64,000 bases of DNA from Candidatus Woesearchaeota archaeon (lineage in GTDB: Archaea; Nanobdellota; Nanobdellia; Woesearchaeales; GCA-2686295), in contig JADHVI010000001.1 of the NCBI GenBank assembly GCA_016784125.1, forward strand, positions 78,417 to 142,416, given 5' to 3'. The notes beneath the pieces are model-generated. The model was not told the origin of the DNA, searched no databases, and saw only the letters and a list, made by a program, of their open reading frames with translations. Below are positions 43,146 to 53,054 of this stretch, piece by piece (within the stretch, counting starts at the first letter, position 1; every line of letters begins with the position of its first letter). The position numbers and the translations under genes were made by a program.

Positions 43146-44048
43146 TCATTTGTTTTGGAATGCCTTTTCAATATCTTCTTTACCATAACCATTCTTTGTT
43201 AGAGATGCTCTCAACGCTTCTTCGTTGTACTGTGATTCATATGTTTTAATCCATTGAATTAGTGTTTTAACAGTGGGAGATAATGGTTCTTCAAGAACTG
43301 CACCAAGAGTTTCTTGACCTTTAACAGACTTCATCTTCTTAGGTCCTTTCTTTTTTATCACTAACAACAAAATAACAATTATTATGACTATTATTACAAT
43401 GCCAATTATAATCATCATTTGATTATCCAACGCAAAAGAACCAGAACCTGCGCTCTCAGATTCTATAAATGCAGATTCAACATCTGGTAACTCATACATA
43501 TCAATAGTTACCTTCTTGCCTTTCATGGTGCCAATAGTAGCATCCACAATCTTGGTTGGCATTTCTATAGTGTATGTAAATGCAGACAACATCATTTTGT
43601 TATTGGCGTCCGATAAGAATTCATCCGATATGTCGTCTGACTCCCCGCTTGTAGCAGATGCACTTGCAGAATTTAAACTATTTAGAACAGAATATATGCT
43701 TCTAATATCATAATTATATCCTGTGGCTGTTTCTTCAAATCCAACTAGCGCACTTGCAGGTAGTTTTCCTTTAAGGACCATCAAGTATCCGTCTCTTGTT
43801 TCGCATATTCCATCAATTATTATGGAATTAGAAAAGTCAACTCCTTGACAACTGTCTTCAAAAGGTACTTCTGACCCGCCCATTGCTTCGCCCATTCCTG
43901 CAAGTGAAGCATACATTCCTGACATGTTATAAATTACTTCGATGGAAGAAGTTCCGTCAGAATTTATTTTGTGATTAACATCTATAGTAACACATCCCGT
44001 CAAAACAAAAGCTAATATCAGAATAACGAGTAATGGTTTTGTAGTCAT
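43146..44048 (-). CDS. Lipobox protein with additional C-terminal TM helix and cytoplasmic tail (hypothetical)
   Basis: LVILILAFVLTGC lipobox, a ~190-aa ectodomain, TM helix MMIIIGIVIIVIIIVILLLVI, then a ~70-aa tail (LIQWIKTYESQYNEEALRASLTKNGYGKEDIEKAF). Confidence 0.5.
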   Translation of the reverse strand: MTTKPLLVILILAFVLTGCVTIDVNHKINSDGTSSIEVIYNMSGMYASLAGMGEAMGGSEVPFEDSCQGVDFSNSIIIDGICETRDGYLMVLKGKLPASALVGFEETATGYNYDIRSIYSVLNSLNSASASATSGESDDISDEFLSDANNKMMLSAFTYTIEMPTKIVDATIGTMKGKKVTIDMYELPDVESAFIESESAGSGSFALDNQMMIIIGIVIIVIIIVILLLVIKKKGPKKMKSVKGQETLGAVLEEPLSPTVKTLIQWIKTYESQYNEEALRASLTKNGYGKEDIEKAFQNK

Positions 44049-44116
44049 AATAATCTATTCTGAGAATAGGCATATTTATAGTTTTATAATTACTCCTGAA
44101 TGAATAACATCTTGAG

Positions 44117-44123
44117 AAAAAAA
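44117..44123 (-). terminator. Oligo-T terminator of the 5S rRNA gene
   Basis: A run of 7 A on the plus strand, which is T7 on the minus strand, immediately follows the 5S 3' end. Confidence 0.6.
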
Positions 44124-44237
44124 GGCGGACAGCTTTCTAAGGTTCCCGCACAAAGTGCAGTACAACTTAAAACGTGGGCGCGCTTGACTTCCGAGTTCGA
44201 AATGGGATCGGGTATAACCACGCCGCTTTGGCCGTCC
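44124..44237 (-). rRNA. rrf: 5S ribosomal RNA (orphan, not linked to 16S/23S in this window)
   Basis: The reverse complement reads GGACGGCCAAAGCGGCGUGGUUAUACCCGAUCCCAUUUCGAACUCGGAAGUCAAGCGCGCCCACG...GCUGUCCGCC. The universal 5S core CCCGAUCCCAUxxCGAACUCGGAAGUxAAGC is present. Helix I closes as 5' GGACGGC with 3' GCUGUCC, including one G-U pair. It is a GC-rich island in AT-rich DNA. Ends are good to within a few nt. Confidence 0.9.
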
Positions 44238-44259
44238 AAGACTGAAAAACCGCACTTTA

Positions 44260-44267
44260 TTTATAAA
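44260..44267 (-). promoter_or_regulatory. TATA box of the 5S rRNA gene
   Basis: The palindromic TTTATAAA lies 22 nt upstream of the 5S 5' end and is preceded on the minus strand by a purine-rich GAAAGC (BRE-like). Confidence 0.55.
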
Positions 44268-44323
44268 GCTTTCCCATTTTTTAGATAAGTTTTTTAAATG
44301 GGTTGTTATTCTCCAGTGGCTAT

Positions 44324-45625
44324 ATGAAGATAGCTATTTTTGGAACAGGATATGTAGGACTGGTGACTGGAACATGTTTTGCTGATTTAGGAAACCAAGT
44401 CACTTGTGTCGATATTGACGCTGAAAAGATTAAAGCTTTGCGAAAAGGCAAAATTCCATTCTATGAACCTGGTTTGAAAGAACTTGTTCTTAGAAACAGC
44501 AAGGAGAAGCGATTAGTATTTACTACTGATGGTAAACCAGCCATAGAAAAATCAGAAGTTATATTCATCTGTGTTGGAACGCCTTCTAAAGCAAGTGGTG
44601 AAGCAAACTTGGATTATGTATTTGCTGTAGCCAAAGAAATTTCAAAGCATATGAATGATTATAAAATAATAGTAGATAAAAGTACTGTGCCGGTTGGTAC
44701 TGCTGAAAAAGTTGAGAGAATAATAAAAATAAATCATACACAGGAAATTCCTTTTGATGTTGTTTCAAATCCTGAATTCTTAAGAGAGGGCGCAGCTGTT
44801 AAAGATTTTCAAAATCCTGATAGAGTTGTTATTGGTGCTGATTCTGAAAGAGCTAAACTAATAATGTCAAACCTTTACAAACCTGTTTCTAGAGTGAGTA
44901 ATCCGATTATGATAACTCAAACAAAAACAGCCGAATTAATTAAGTATGCTTCTAATGCTATGTTGGCAACAAGGATTAGTTTTATGAACGAACTGTCACA
45001 TTTATGTGAAACAACTGGTGCTGATATCAAAGAAGTTTCCAAAGGAATGGGATTAGACAATCGAATTGGTTCTAGATTTCTTCAAGCAGGAGCAGGATAT
45101 GGTGGCTCATGTTTTCCAAAAGATGTTAAGGCTCTTGCTCAAATGCTGGAACAGCACGGTCATCAATCAACAATTATGCGTGCGGTTGATTATGTTAATG
45201 AAAGACAGAAGAAAACTATTGTTCCTAAATTAAAAAAATTCTTTTCAAGTCTTGAAGGAAAAAGGATTGCTATATGGGGTTTATCTTTTAAACCAAGAAC
45301 TAGTGATATTCGAGAAGCTCCTTCTCTAGTAATTATTGATCAACTTAAAAATGAATATGCTGAGATTACTGCTTTTGATCCTGAGGCGATGCCTGAAGTC
45401 AAGCACATGATTAAAGGTGGTGTTAAACTTGTTTCTGATGCATATGACGCTTTGAAAGGTGCCGATGCATTGATAGTTGTAACTGAATGGGACCAGTTTA
45501 GAGAACCCGATTTTGAATTGATGAAAAAACTTATGAGAAAAAAAGTACTTATTGATTGTCGAAATATTTATGATCCTGAAAAAGTTCGTGCTTATGGATT
45601 TGAATACGCTGGAGTTGGGAGATGA
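44324..45625 (+). CDS. ugd: UDP-glucose 6-dehydrogenase
   Basis: MKIAIFGTGYVGLVTG, GGSCFPKD, FKPRTSDIREAP. I prefer the ATG at 44324 over the TTG at 44303. Confidence 0.92.
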   Translation: MKIAIFGTGYVGLVTGTCFADLGNQVTCVDIDAEKIKALRKGKIPFYEPGLKELVLRNSKEKRLVFTTDGKPAIEKSEVIFICVGTPSKASGEANLDYVFAVAKEISKHMNDYKIIVDKSTVPVGTAEKVERIIKINHTQEIPFDVVSNPEFLREGAAVKDFQNPDRVVIGADSERAKLIMSNLYKPVSRVSNPIMITQTKTAELIKYASNAMLATRISFMNELSHLCETTGADIKEVSKGMGLDNRIGSRFLQAGAGYGGSCFPKDVKALAQMLEQHGHQSTIMRAVDYVNERQKKTIVPKLKKFFSSLEGKRIAIWGLSFKPRTSDIREAPSLVIIDQLKNEYAEITAFDPEAMPEVKHMIKGGVKLVSDAYDALKGADALIVVTEWDQFREPDFELMKKLMRKKVLIDCRNIYDPEKVRAYGFEYAGVGR

Positions 45626-46566
45626 AAACAGTTTTAGTGGCTGGCGGAGCAGGGTTTATTGGCAGTCATTTATGTGATGTGCTTATAGAACAAGGGCATA
45701 AAGTTTTCTGTGTAGATAATTTTGCTACAGGACACACTAATCATATAGTTCATCTTATGAAGAATAAACATTTTAAACTTATTAAGCATGATGTAACAAA
45801 ACCTTTTGAGATTAAAGGTCAACTTGATGAAATTTATCATTTAGCTTCTAGAGCAAGTCCTATTGATTATCAGAAATTTCCTACTTCAACAGCTTTGGCT
45901 AATTCCATCGGAACTTATAATCTTGTTAAATTGGCTTTGAAAAAGAATGCAACGCTTCTCTTTGCTTCCACTAGTGAAGCTTATGGTGAGCCCAGAGAAC
46001 ACCCTCAAAAAGAAAGTTATTGGGGAAATGTTAATCCTGTTGGAATAAGAAGTTGCTATGATGAAAGTAAAAGATTTGGAGAAGCTCTGTTAATGGCTTA
46101 TCATAGAGAGATGCATGCAGATATCAAAATTGTCAGAATATTCAATACTTATGGTCCTAGATTACGGCCTGGTGATGGGCGAGTAATATCAAATTTTATC
46201 AGACAAGCCTTATTAGGCGAACCAATAACTATTTATGGTGATGGTAAACAAACTAGGAGTTTTTGTTATGTTAGTGATATGGTTCGAGGCTTAATGATGA
46301 TGATGGAATCTGATTATATTGGTCCAAAGAATCTTGGCAATCCAAAAGAGTTCACAATACTTCAACTAGCTAATTTGATAAAAAATATTACTGGTTCAAA
46401 ATCAGAGCTTGTTTTCAAGAAGCTTCCTGAGGATGATCCTACAAAGAGGCAACCAGATATTTCAAGTGCTCGTGATCTTCTTGGTTGGAAACCAGATATT
46501 GAATTAGAGGAGGGTTTGAAAAGTACCATTGAATGGTTCAAAATACTTCCTTTAATTAATTATTAA
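45622..46566 (+). CDS. uxs: UDP-glucuronate decarboxylase (UDP-xylose synthase)
   Basis: ATGA overlap with ugd. VLVAGGAGFIGSHLCD, STSEAYG, YDESKRFGEAL, RIFNTYGPR, DGKQTRSFCYVSD, KRQPDIS. Confidence 0.88.
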   Translation: MKTVLVAGGAGFIGSHLCDVLIEQGHKVFCVDNFATGHTNHIVHLMKNKHFKLIKHDVTKPFEIKGQLDEIYHLASRASPIDYQKFPTSTALANSIGTYNLVKLALKKNATLLFASTSEAYGEPREHPQKESYWGNVNPVGIRSCYDESKRFGEALLMAYHREMHADIKIVRIFNTYGPRLRPGDGRVISNFIRQALLGEPITIYGDGKQTRSFCYVSDMVRGLMMMMESDYIGPKNLGNPKEFTILQLANLIKNITGSKSELVFKKLPEDDPTKRQPDISSARDLLGWKPDIELEEGLKSTIEWFKILPLINY

Positions 46567-46577
46567 TTAGTCTATTT

Positions 46578-47183
46578 TTATTTGACAACTTTCAAAAGAT
46601 ATTGTATCTCTGCCGAAGGCAGCATATAACAGAAAAATCTTTCATATATTCTTTGGAAGTTTTTTTTATTAATAATCCAGTTGAAGAATTTGCATTTTTC
46701 AGCCTTCATAAATTGCCTAGAAACTCTGATCATAAATTTGGCTTTGAGTTGTTTAAAGTTTACATCGCAGTAGATGCTCCCTTTATAGAAATGATTTGTA
46801 AATGTTTCCAGATTAAATCCTTCATATCTGTGAGATAATCTTTTGAATGGGTTGCTGTGGTGTGGAACCATAATCTTAACTAAAGCGTCATTTTTACAGA
46901 TTCGATGAATCTCTTTCATGGCTTGTTCAACATCTAAATGTTCTATGATATGACTAGCGTAGATTTCTGAAAATGTGTTATCGGGAAATGGCCAGGGATA
47001 TTTATCAAGATTATGTAATATATCAACTTTAGGAAAATTTACTAAGTCAAGATTCACGTAATTGTCAAACCCTCTTTTTCCAGATCCAATCACCAGTTTT
47101 GAAAGGTCTATTTTTCTTCCACAGTCGGCACAAGCAAATGTTTTTTCTTTTCCAAACTTGATTTTATGTTCGTGAAACTTCAT
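46578..47183 (-). CDS. SAM-dependent methyltransferase (Methyltransf_11/23-like) with N-terminal CxxC
   Basis: CADCGRK, VIGSGKRGFDNYVNLD, PFPDNTFSEIYASHIIEHL. Confidence 0.6.
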   Translation of the reverse strand: MKFHEHKIKFGKEKTFACADCGRKIDLSKLVIGSGKRGFDNYVNLDLVNFPKVDILHNLDKYPWPFPDNTFSEIYASHIIEHLDVEQAMKEIHRICKNDALVKIMVPHHSNPFKRLSHRYEGFNLETFTNHFYKGSIYCDVNFKQLKAKFMIRVSRQFMKAEKCKFFNWIINKKNFQRIYERFFCYMLPSAEIQYLLKVVK

Positions 47184-47263
47184 GTGTTATTGGTGTTGAG
47201 CCATTCTTTTAAATCTTTCTTAAATTCAATAGATTAATAAATTATGGTCTCCTATCAGTAAAA

Positions 47264-48757
47264 ATGGTCGAGAGTTATACTAAGAAAGCGGTTCGTAGTA
47301 CTGTAACAATTTTTTTAGTAGGGGTTGCATCATTAGGTGTGAGTTATCTTTTCAGATTACTTTTAGCTAGAAACTTATCTGTTGCTGAATATGGTCTTTT
47401 CTATTCTATCTTGTCATTTTTCTTTGTATTTGTTGTAATAACTAGATTGGGTTTGGGACAGGCCTTAGTCAAGTATATCTCGGAGTTTCTTGTTAAGAAA
47501 CAGTATTCAAATGTCAAAGGATCAATAATAATAACTCTCTTGACTCATTTCATCTTGTCAGCTATTGTTGGAGTAATTTTTATTTTAATATCGGGTTTTC
47601 TTGCAACGCATTATCTTAAAATGCCAGATTATCATTACCTAATAATTTTATATGCAATATATTTCATATTTTTTCCATTCCAGTCAACTCTTAGTTATAC
47701 TTTCAAAGGATTTCAGAAGATGCATTATTATTCGGTCATGGAACTTCTCCAGAACGTAATAGTCTTTGTTTTCACATTCCTTTTCTTGATAGTTTTCAAT
47801 ATGGGTCTTAAAGCTCCTTTCGTAGCACATTATTTCATATTTATTTTACCAATCATATTTGCACCTATTTTTTTCAAAAAACATTTTCCCAAGTTTACAA
47901 AGGTAAAAGCTACAATTACCAAACCACTTTTCAAGAAACTCACTCTCTTTGGAGTATCAATGGTTATAATGTCTGTTTCAACAGTTATTTTTACTAATGC
48001 AGACACAATTCTGATAACTTTCTTTCTTTCACTAGAAGACGTTGGTTTTTACCAAGCAGCTTTTCCAACAACAAAAATATTGGCCAATTTCAGTACAACC
48101 TTACTAATTGTTCTTCTTCCCCTCACATCTGAGCTTTGGGCTAGAAAGAAAATTGAGATCTTAAGAGAGGGTATAAAAGATCTTTACAAATATGTATCAT
48201 TGGTTTTGATACCTGCTTGTTTTACGATGATCATCTTTCCTGATTTAATAATAAGGATTTTGTTTGGGCCCGCTTATGAACCTGCAGCCAATGTTCTTCG
48301 AATTCTTGCCATAGCTGCACTCATTAATGTCTCTGGTGGAATTAATAGTGGTGTTTTGTCAGGTATTGGTAAACACTCAATTGTTGGCAAGATATTTTTA
48401 ACTGCGGCAGTCCTAAACATAGTTCTAAATATTATTTTAATACCAATCATTGGGATTGAAGGTGCTGCCATTGCGACACTCATATCTTTTGCAATTATAT
48501 CTGTGTGGACTTTTGTTAGTTTGAAAAAATCAGTTGGTGTGAAATTTGATATTAGAGCTTTAATTTATACTTTAGTGTCTGGCGTAATTTTTACAGCAGT
48601 CATTTTAATTCTCAAATCATCTTTACATTCAAACGTTTGGCTTGAGTTGTCCATTTCTTTAATAGTGGCATTAGTGGTTTATGTACTTTTATTATTTATT
48701 TTGAGAGTTCTTTCTTTATCAGAAATCAAAAAACTTCTTCACAGGATAAAAAGCTAA
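47264..48757 (+). CDS. MOP-superfamily oligosaccharide flippase (Wzx/polysaccharide biosynthesis protein)
   Basis: 497 aa with about 14 TM helices. The N-terminal RSTVTIFLVGVASLGVSYLFRLLLARNLSVAEYG is typical of Wzx-like flippases. Confidence 0.8.
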   Translation: MVESYTKKAVRSTVTIFLVGVASLGVSYLFRLLLARNLSVAEYGLFYSILSFFFVFVVITRLGLGQALVKYISEFLVKKQYSNVKGSIIITLLTHFILSAIVGVIFILISGFLATHYLKMPDYHYLIILYAIYFIFFPFQSTLSYTFKGFQKMHYYSVMELLQNVIVFVFTFLFLIVFNMGLKAPFVAHYFIFILPIIFAPIFFKKHFPKFTKVKATITKPLFKKLTLFGVSMVIMSVSTVIFTNADTILITFFLSLEDVGFYQAAFPTTKILANFSTTLLIVLLPLTSELWARKKIEILREGIKDLYKYVSLVLIPACFTMIIFPDLIIRILFGPAYEPAANVLRILAIAALINVSGGINSGVLSGIGKHSIVGKIFLTAAVLNIVLNIILIPIIGIEGAAIATLISFAIISVWTFVSLKKSVGVKFDIRALIYTLVSGVIFTAVILILKSSLHSNVWLELSISLIVALVVYVLLLFILRVLSLSEIKKLLHRIKS

Positions 48758-48817
48758 TTTTTCTTATAAAAGTAAAGTTTATAAACCATTAAATAATTCA
48801 AATGTCGAGGTGATTCA

Positions 48818-49816
48818 ATGACTAAAAACAATATTTTAGTTACTGGCGGAGCAGGTTTTATCGGCTCACATTTAACAAATGATTTAATAAAGTTAGGTTA
48901 TAATGTCATAGTTCTAGATGATCTAAGCGGAGGATTCGCTGAAAATGTTCCTAAGAAAGCAAAGTTCGTAAAAGGAAGCATATTAAACTTTAAGCTTGTA
49001 AAAGAATTATTCAAGAAATACAAGTTTGATTATGTATTTCACTTAGCAGCTTATGCTGCCGAAGGATTATCTCATTTTATCAGAATATTTAATTATAGAA
49101 ATAATCTGCTTGGAAGTATAAATCTCATCAATGAATCTATTAAGTATAATGTTAAGTGTTTTGTGTTTACTTCGTCCATCGCAGTTTATGGTGCAAACCA
49201 ACTTCCAATGAAGGAAGAAACAACTCCTCAGCCAGAAGATCCTTATGGAGTTTCAAAATATGCTGTTGAACTTGATTTGAAGTGTGCTCATGAAATGTTT
49301 GGTTTGAACTACATAATTTTTAGACCTCATAATGTGTATGGTGAAGGGCAGAACCTCGGCGATAAATACAGGAACGTTGTAGGTATTTTCATGAATCAAA
49401 TTATGCAGAAAAAATCATTAACGATATTTGGTGATGGTACGCAGACAAGAGCATTCTCATACATTGGAGATGTTGCGCCAATAATAGCTAAATCTATTAA
49501 AGTTAAGAAGGCTTACAATGAAGTTTTTAATATTGGGGCCGACAAACCTTTTACAGTGAATCGTTTAACTACAGTTGTTATGAATGCAATGGATTCAAAG
49601 CAGAAACTCATTCACTTGCCCGCAAGAAACGAAGTTGAACATGCATATTCTTCACATGCAAAAGTAAAAAAATATTTAGGCTACAAGACAAACTTTTCAC
49701 TAGAACAGGGAGTTCAAAAAATGGCTGAGTGGGCTAAAAAAACTGGTAGTAAGAGAAGTAGTAAATTCAAAAATATAGAAATAACTAAGAATCTTCCCCC
49801 TAGCTGGACTAAATAA
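48818..49816 (+). CDS. NAD-dependent sugar-nucleotide epimerase/dehydratase (GalE-like SDR)
   Basis: ILVTGGAGFIGSHL, SSIAVYG, YGVSKYAVE (YxxxK), DGTQTRAFSYIGD. Confidence 0.8.
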   Translation: MTKNNILVTGGAGFIGSHLTNDLIKLGYNVIVLDDLSGGFAENVPKKAKFVKGSILNFKLVKELFKKYKFDYVFHLAAYAAEGLSHFIRIFNYRNNLLGSINLINESIKYNVKCFVFTSSIAVYGANQLPMKEETTPQPEDPYGVSKYAVELDLKCAHEMFGLNYIIFRPHNVYGEGQNLGDKYRNVVGIFMNQIMQKKSLTIFGDGTQTRAFSYIGDVAPIIAKSIKVKKAYNEVFNIGADKPFTVNRLTTVVMNAMDSKQKLIHLPARNEVEHAYSSHAKVKKYLGYKTNFSLEQGVQKMAEWAKKTGSKRSSKFKNIEITKNLPPSWTK

Positions 49817-49825
49817 TGGTTTAAA

Positions 49826-50497
49826 ATGCATGATGGTATCTTAAGAGATTTGGGAAGAGCAGCCGAGATGAAGAAGCTCCGTTTTAATTATGAGACAATT
49901 CTTGATGTGGGTGGAAATCATGAAAGTTGTCTTTCTTTTTTCCCTGATAAAAAAATAACTGTTTTGAACATAAAAAATTATGGTGTTTCTCCAAAAATTA
50001 AATTTATTAAAGCTTCTATGACAAAAATACCTTTCAAAACTAATTCTTTTGATTTAATCATTTCAAATGATACTTTAGAACATGTTCACAAAAAAGATCG
50101 ATCTCAAGGAATAACTGAAATGATTAGAGTTGCAAAGAAAGGATTGATTATTGGTGTACCTTGTGGAAAGAAAGCAAAAAAATATGAAACGTTTGTTTTA
50201 AAATTAGGAAAAGCTTTTGGGAAAAATATGAAATGGCTCTCAGAACATGCTGAGGCTCAACTTCCAATGGATGCAGATATTGTTAATGTTATTAAGAAGA
50301 ACAAAAAAGTGGCAAAACTGGAAGTTGTGAAAAATGATAATCTTAATGTGTGGCTTTTTACTTGTATTTTAGGAGGGCCAATGAGATTTTTTTGGAATAA
50401 GTTTGACAGAAACAAGCTATTTAAGCATTGGAAATTATTTTCAATTTTCAACTTTGGAAGCACATACAGAAAATTCTTCGTGATATATCTAAAATGA
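49826..50497 (+). CDS. SAM-dependent methyltransferase (type 11-like)
   Basis: ILDVGGNHES, PFKTNSFDLIISNDTLEHV. Confidence 0.55.
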   Translation: MHDGILRDLGRAAEMKKLRFNYETILDVGGNHESCLSFFPDKKITVLNIKNYGVSPKIKFIKASMTKIPFKTNSFDLIISNDTLEHVHKKDRSQGITEMIRVAKKGLIIGVPCGKKAKKYETFVLKLGKAFGKNMKWLSEHAEAQLPMDADIVNVIKKNKKVAKLEVVKNDNLNVWLFTCILGGPMRFFWNKFDRNKLFKHWKLFSIFNFGSTYRKFFVIYLK

Positions 50498-50501
50498 AAA
50501 T

Positions 50502-51734
50502 CTAAGTTTTTTTGTAAGCATTAAGAATTTTTTTTGTAACCATTTCTTTTTCAAATCTTTCTTCAAATATTTTTCGGCTTTTTATTCCAAGATCTTTTCT
50601 TATGTTTTCGTTGTTAATTAGAATATTTAGTTTCTCTACTAATTCTTCTTCATTTCTTACTAAGAAACCATTTTGTCCTACAATAACTCCTTCACTGTTT
50701 CCACCATTATCTGTTGCAATTATTGGTTTACCAAAATATGTGGCCTCCAACATTATTCTAGAAAATGGTTCTGGCCATAGAGATGATTGCACTATTGCAT
50801 CGGACTGTTTGTAAATGGATGGTATAAATTCATATCTAACATCTCCGTAGAATCTTACATTTGGACCCGCTATTTTTTCTAGTTTTTTCCTTTCAGATCC
50901 ATCTCCAAATATTAAGAGTTTTGCATCACCATTTACTTTGTTGAAAGCTCTTATGACTAATTCTGTTCCTTTGATTTTTTCAAGCACACCAATAAACACA
51001 ATTTTAACACCTTTATCTTTTAAATGAAATATTTTGTCTGAGTCTTTAATATCTATTATGTTTGGAACTCTAAAAATATTTTTCTTCTTAACACCATTTT
51101 TTATCAACATTTTTTCTGTAAATCCTGATATTGCGAAATAGTTTTGTACATTGTCTAAATTTCTATTATTTTTTTTATGATTAGAATAAACTGACATCCA
51201 GATTATAGGGTTGTATTTTACATACCAAGGCATTTTGTATTTTCCGAGGAATTTTGAATTAACTATGCATTTAACGAATTTTCCCGGATTACATTCTTCA
51301 CAAGCTTTTTTTTCTTTGTAGAATAAATTTCTTTTTGGACAAAAGTTTGTGTAGCCATTGATGGTTGCAAATGTTTTTTTGTTTATCTTAAAGTTTGGTA
51401 TGGCCGTTGTATTCAGGAAGTGTATTATATCAAAGTTTTCTTTCTTATCCAATAATGGGAGTTCTTTTTTGATTGATTTTTGAAACCAAAATAATCTTCT
51501 TAGATTATCTTTGAAAGCATTTGGATTTTCGCCTGTTTTTAGAGTTCTTACAACAGTGAATCCATCCATTTCTTCAACTCTTTTCAAGCCAGAGAAATGT
51601 GCTGTTAGGACAAACACAGTTAACCCTTTTTTCACCAGAGTCTTTGCTAGTTGATGTGCACTTATTTGACCACCACCAAACATTTTTGGAGTAAAATACT
51701 CTGTTACAAGTAAAACTTTCATTTTCTTATCCAT
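50502..51734 (-). CDS. GT4-family glycosyltransferase with Cys-containing insertion
   Basis: MKVLLVTEYFTPKMFGGGQIS (GT4 N-domain) and a C-terminal EPFSRIMLEATYFGKPIIATDNGGNSE (E-x7-E region). The insertion reads CPKRNLFYKEKKACEECNPGKFVKC. Confidence 0.8.
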   Translation of the reverse strand: MDKKMKVLLVTEYFTPKMFGGGQISAHQLAKTLVKKGLTVFVLTAHFSGLKRVEEMDGFTVVRTLKTGENPNAFKDNLRRLFWFQKSIKKELPLLDKKENFDIIHFLNTTAIPNFKINKKTFATINGYTNFCPKRNLFYKEKKACEECNPGKFVKCIVNSKFLGKYKMPWYVKYNPIIWMSVYSNHKKNNRNLDNVQNYFAISGFTEKMLIKNGVKKKNIFRVPNIIDIKDSDKIFHLKDKGVKIVFIGVLEKIKGTELVIRAFNKVNGDAKLLIFGDGSERKKLEKIAGPNVRFYGDVRYEFIPSIYKQSDAIVQSSLWPEPFSRIMLEATYFGKPIIATDNGGNSEGVIVGQNGFLVRNEEELVEKLNILINNENIRKDLGIKSRKIFEERFEKEMVTKKILNAYKKT

Positions 51735-51863
51735 CTTAACTTACCAGGACTAATGTGACATATAAATAGTTAACTAATGTTTTTTGTGAACTTTTTTGTG
51801 TCGACGATGAATCCTCTATTTACAAGTAAAACTTTTTAAATAAAGTTTTATTCTCGTCACCAC

Positions 51864-53054
51864 ATGATGACCAATTTAAAAGAATATCTATTAAAAACCC
51901 TGGAACTACAGAAAGGAATTGTATTTGCTAGTAAACCAACCTTTGTTTGTAGGGGAAATTATTCTGGTCGTGATATAATTGCTAAGAATAGTGAATTTTC
52001 AGAAGATTTTGTTGATGAGAGGGGTTATGTTCCTGTCGAATTATGGTTAATGTCTCTTGTTGAAGCTGAGAATCCTGAGAAAAAAGAAGGAGAAGGATTA
52101 ACCAGCATAAGTTTAATTGAAGGAGAGGTCACTCTTAAGCAAATATCAGATGTTGCAGAAGAAGAACTTTTTGGAGTTTGGAAAACATCTTGGCCTCTAA
52201 CAAAAATTCTTGATATTGGCGGAGTTCCTAAGAAAACCAGTTTTTCAGATCAAAAAGAAGTTCCTGCAATACCACCACATATCCATGGGGGGAACATCGT
52301 TGATGGTGTGGCCATAAAACCTGGCAAAATCGAAGCATATTTCTTTCCACCTTTAAACGTTGGTCCTTATAATCGAGAGATTGGTAGAACCATTTCAAGA
52401 TTGGGATTTAAGTCAGGTGTTACAAAAGAGATATTTAAAGAAACATTAAGACATTTTGGGAAAGATGATTCTATGTATGAGTTATTAGAGCCACATATTG
52501 TCAAACCTTATTCTGGTTGGACAATGCCTGCAGGCACTATTCATTCTCCAGGACCTTGGGTTACATTTGAGGTTCAACTTCCTCAAGATGATTTTAACAA
52601 TGTTGGTTGGAAATTTGAAGATAGAATTCCTGAAGCAAACTGGGAAGAGGAATACAACAAGTTGGTTCTTAGAGGATTAAAGGATGAAGATGATCTAATT
52701 AACCAAGTACTAGATTGGGATGTGTCAACAGATCCAAATTTTAAAGATCATTATCAAAGAGAAATAAAAATTATTGAGGAAGGAGATTTTGGTCGTAGAT
52801 TCCAGATATTTTTTGATCAATTTTATGGTGAGGGTTGGGAAATAAATAGTGGTAAATCACTTACAATTAATGCAAAAGAAAAACCAATTGCGGGACTTGT
52901 TTGGTCTGGAAATGGCTCACTAAATGATAATCAAGTAAGTGTGGACAAAAACAGAGAGTTTTTTATAGTTCCACAAACATCCATAACTTTAGAAAATAAT
53001 GGCTCAGAAAAACTAATTATGTTCACAGTTGAACCAATTGGAGGTTTGAAATGA
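51864..53054 (+). CDS. Cupin-fold sugar-phosphate isomerase-like protein (class I phosphomannose-isomerase-like)
   Basis: IPPHIHGG...KPGKIEAYFF and MPAGTIHSPGPWVTFEVQLPQDD resemble the metal-binding and xPAGTxHAxG...E.Q..SD segments of type I PMI. It is the first gene of a 4-gene overlapping operon. Confidence 0.4.
   Translation: MMTNLKEYLLKTLELQKGIVFASKPTFVCRGNYSGRDIIAKNSEFSEDFVDERGYVPVELWLMSLVEAENPEKKEGEGLTSISLIEGEVTLKQISDVAEEELFGVWKTSWPLTKILDIGGVPKKTSFSDQKEVPAIPPHIHGGNIVDGVAIKPGKIEAYFFPPLNVGPYNREIGRTISRLGFKSGVTKEIFKETLRHFGKDDSMYELLEPHIVKPYSGWTMPAGTIHSPGPWVTFEVQLPQDDFNNVGWKFEDRIPEANWEEEYNKLVLRGLKDEDDLINQVLDWDVSTDPNFKDHYQREIKIIEEGDFGRRFQIFFDQFYGEGWEINSGKSLTINAKEKPIAGLVWSGNGSLNDNQVSVDKNREFFIVPQTSITLENNGSEKLIMFTVEPIGGLK

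Noticed and set aside
44100-44288. 62-aa plus-strand ORF
   Set aside because: It overlaps a clear 5S rRNA gene on the opposite strand. Its relatively GC-rich codons come from the rRNA sequence.
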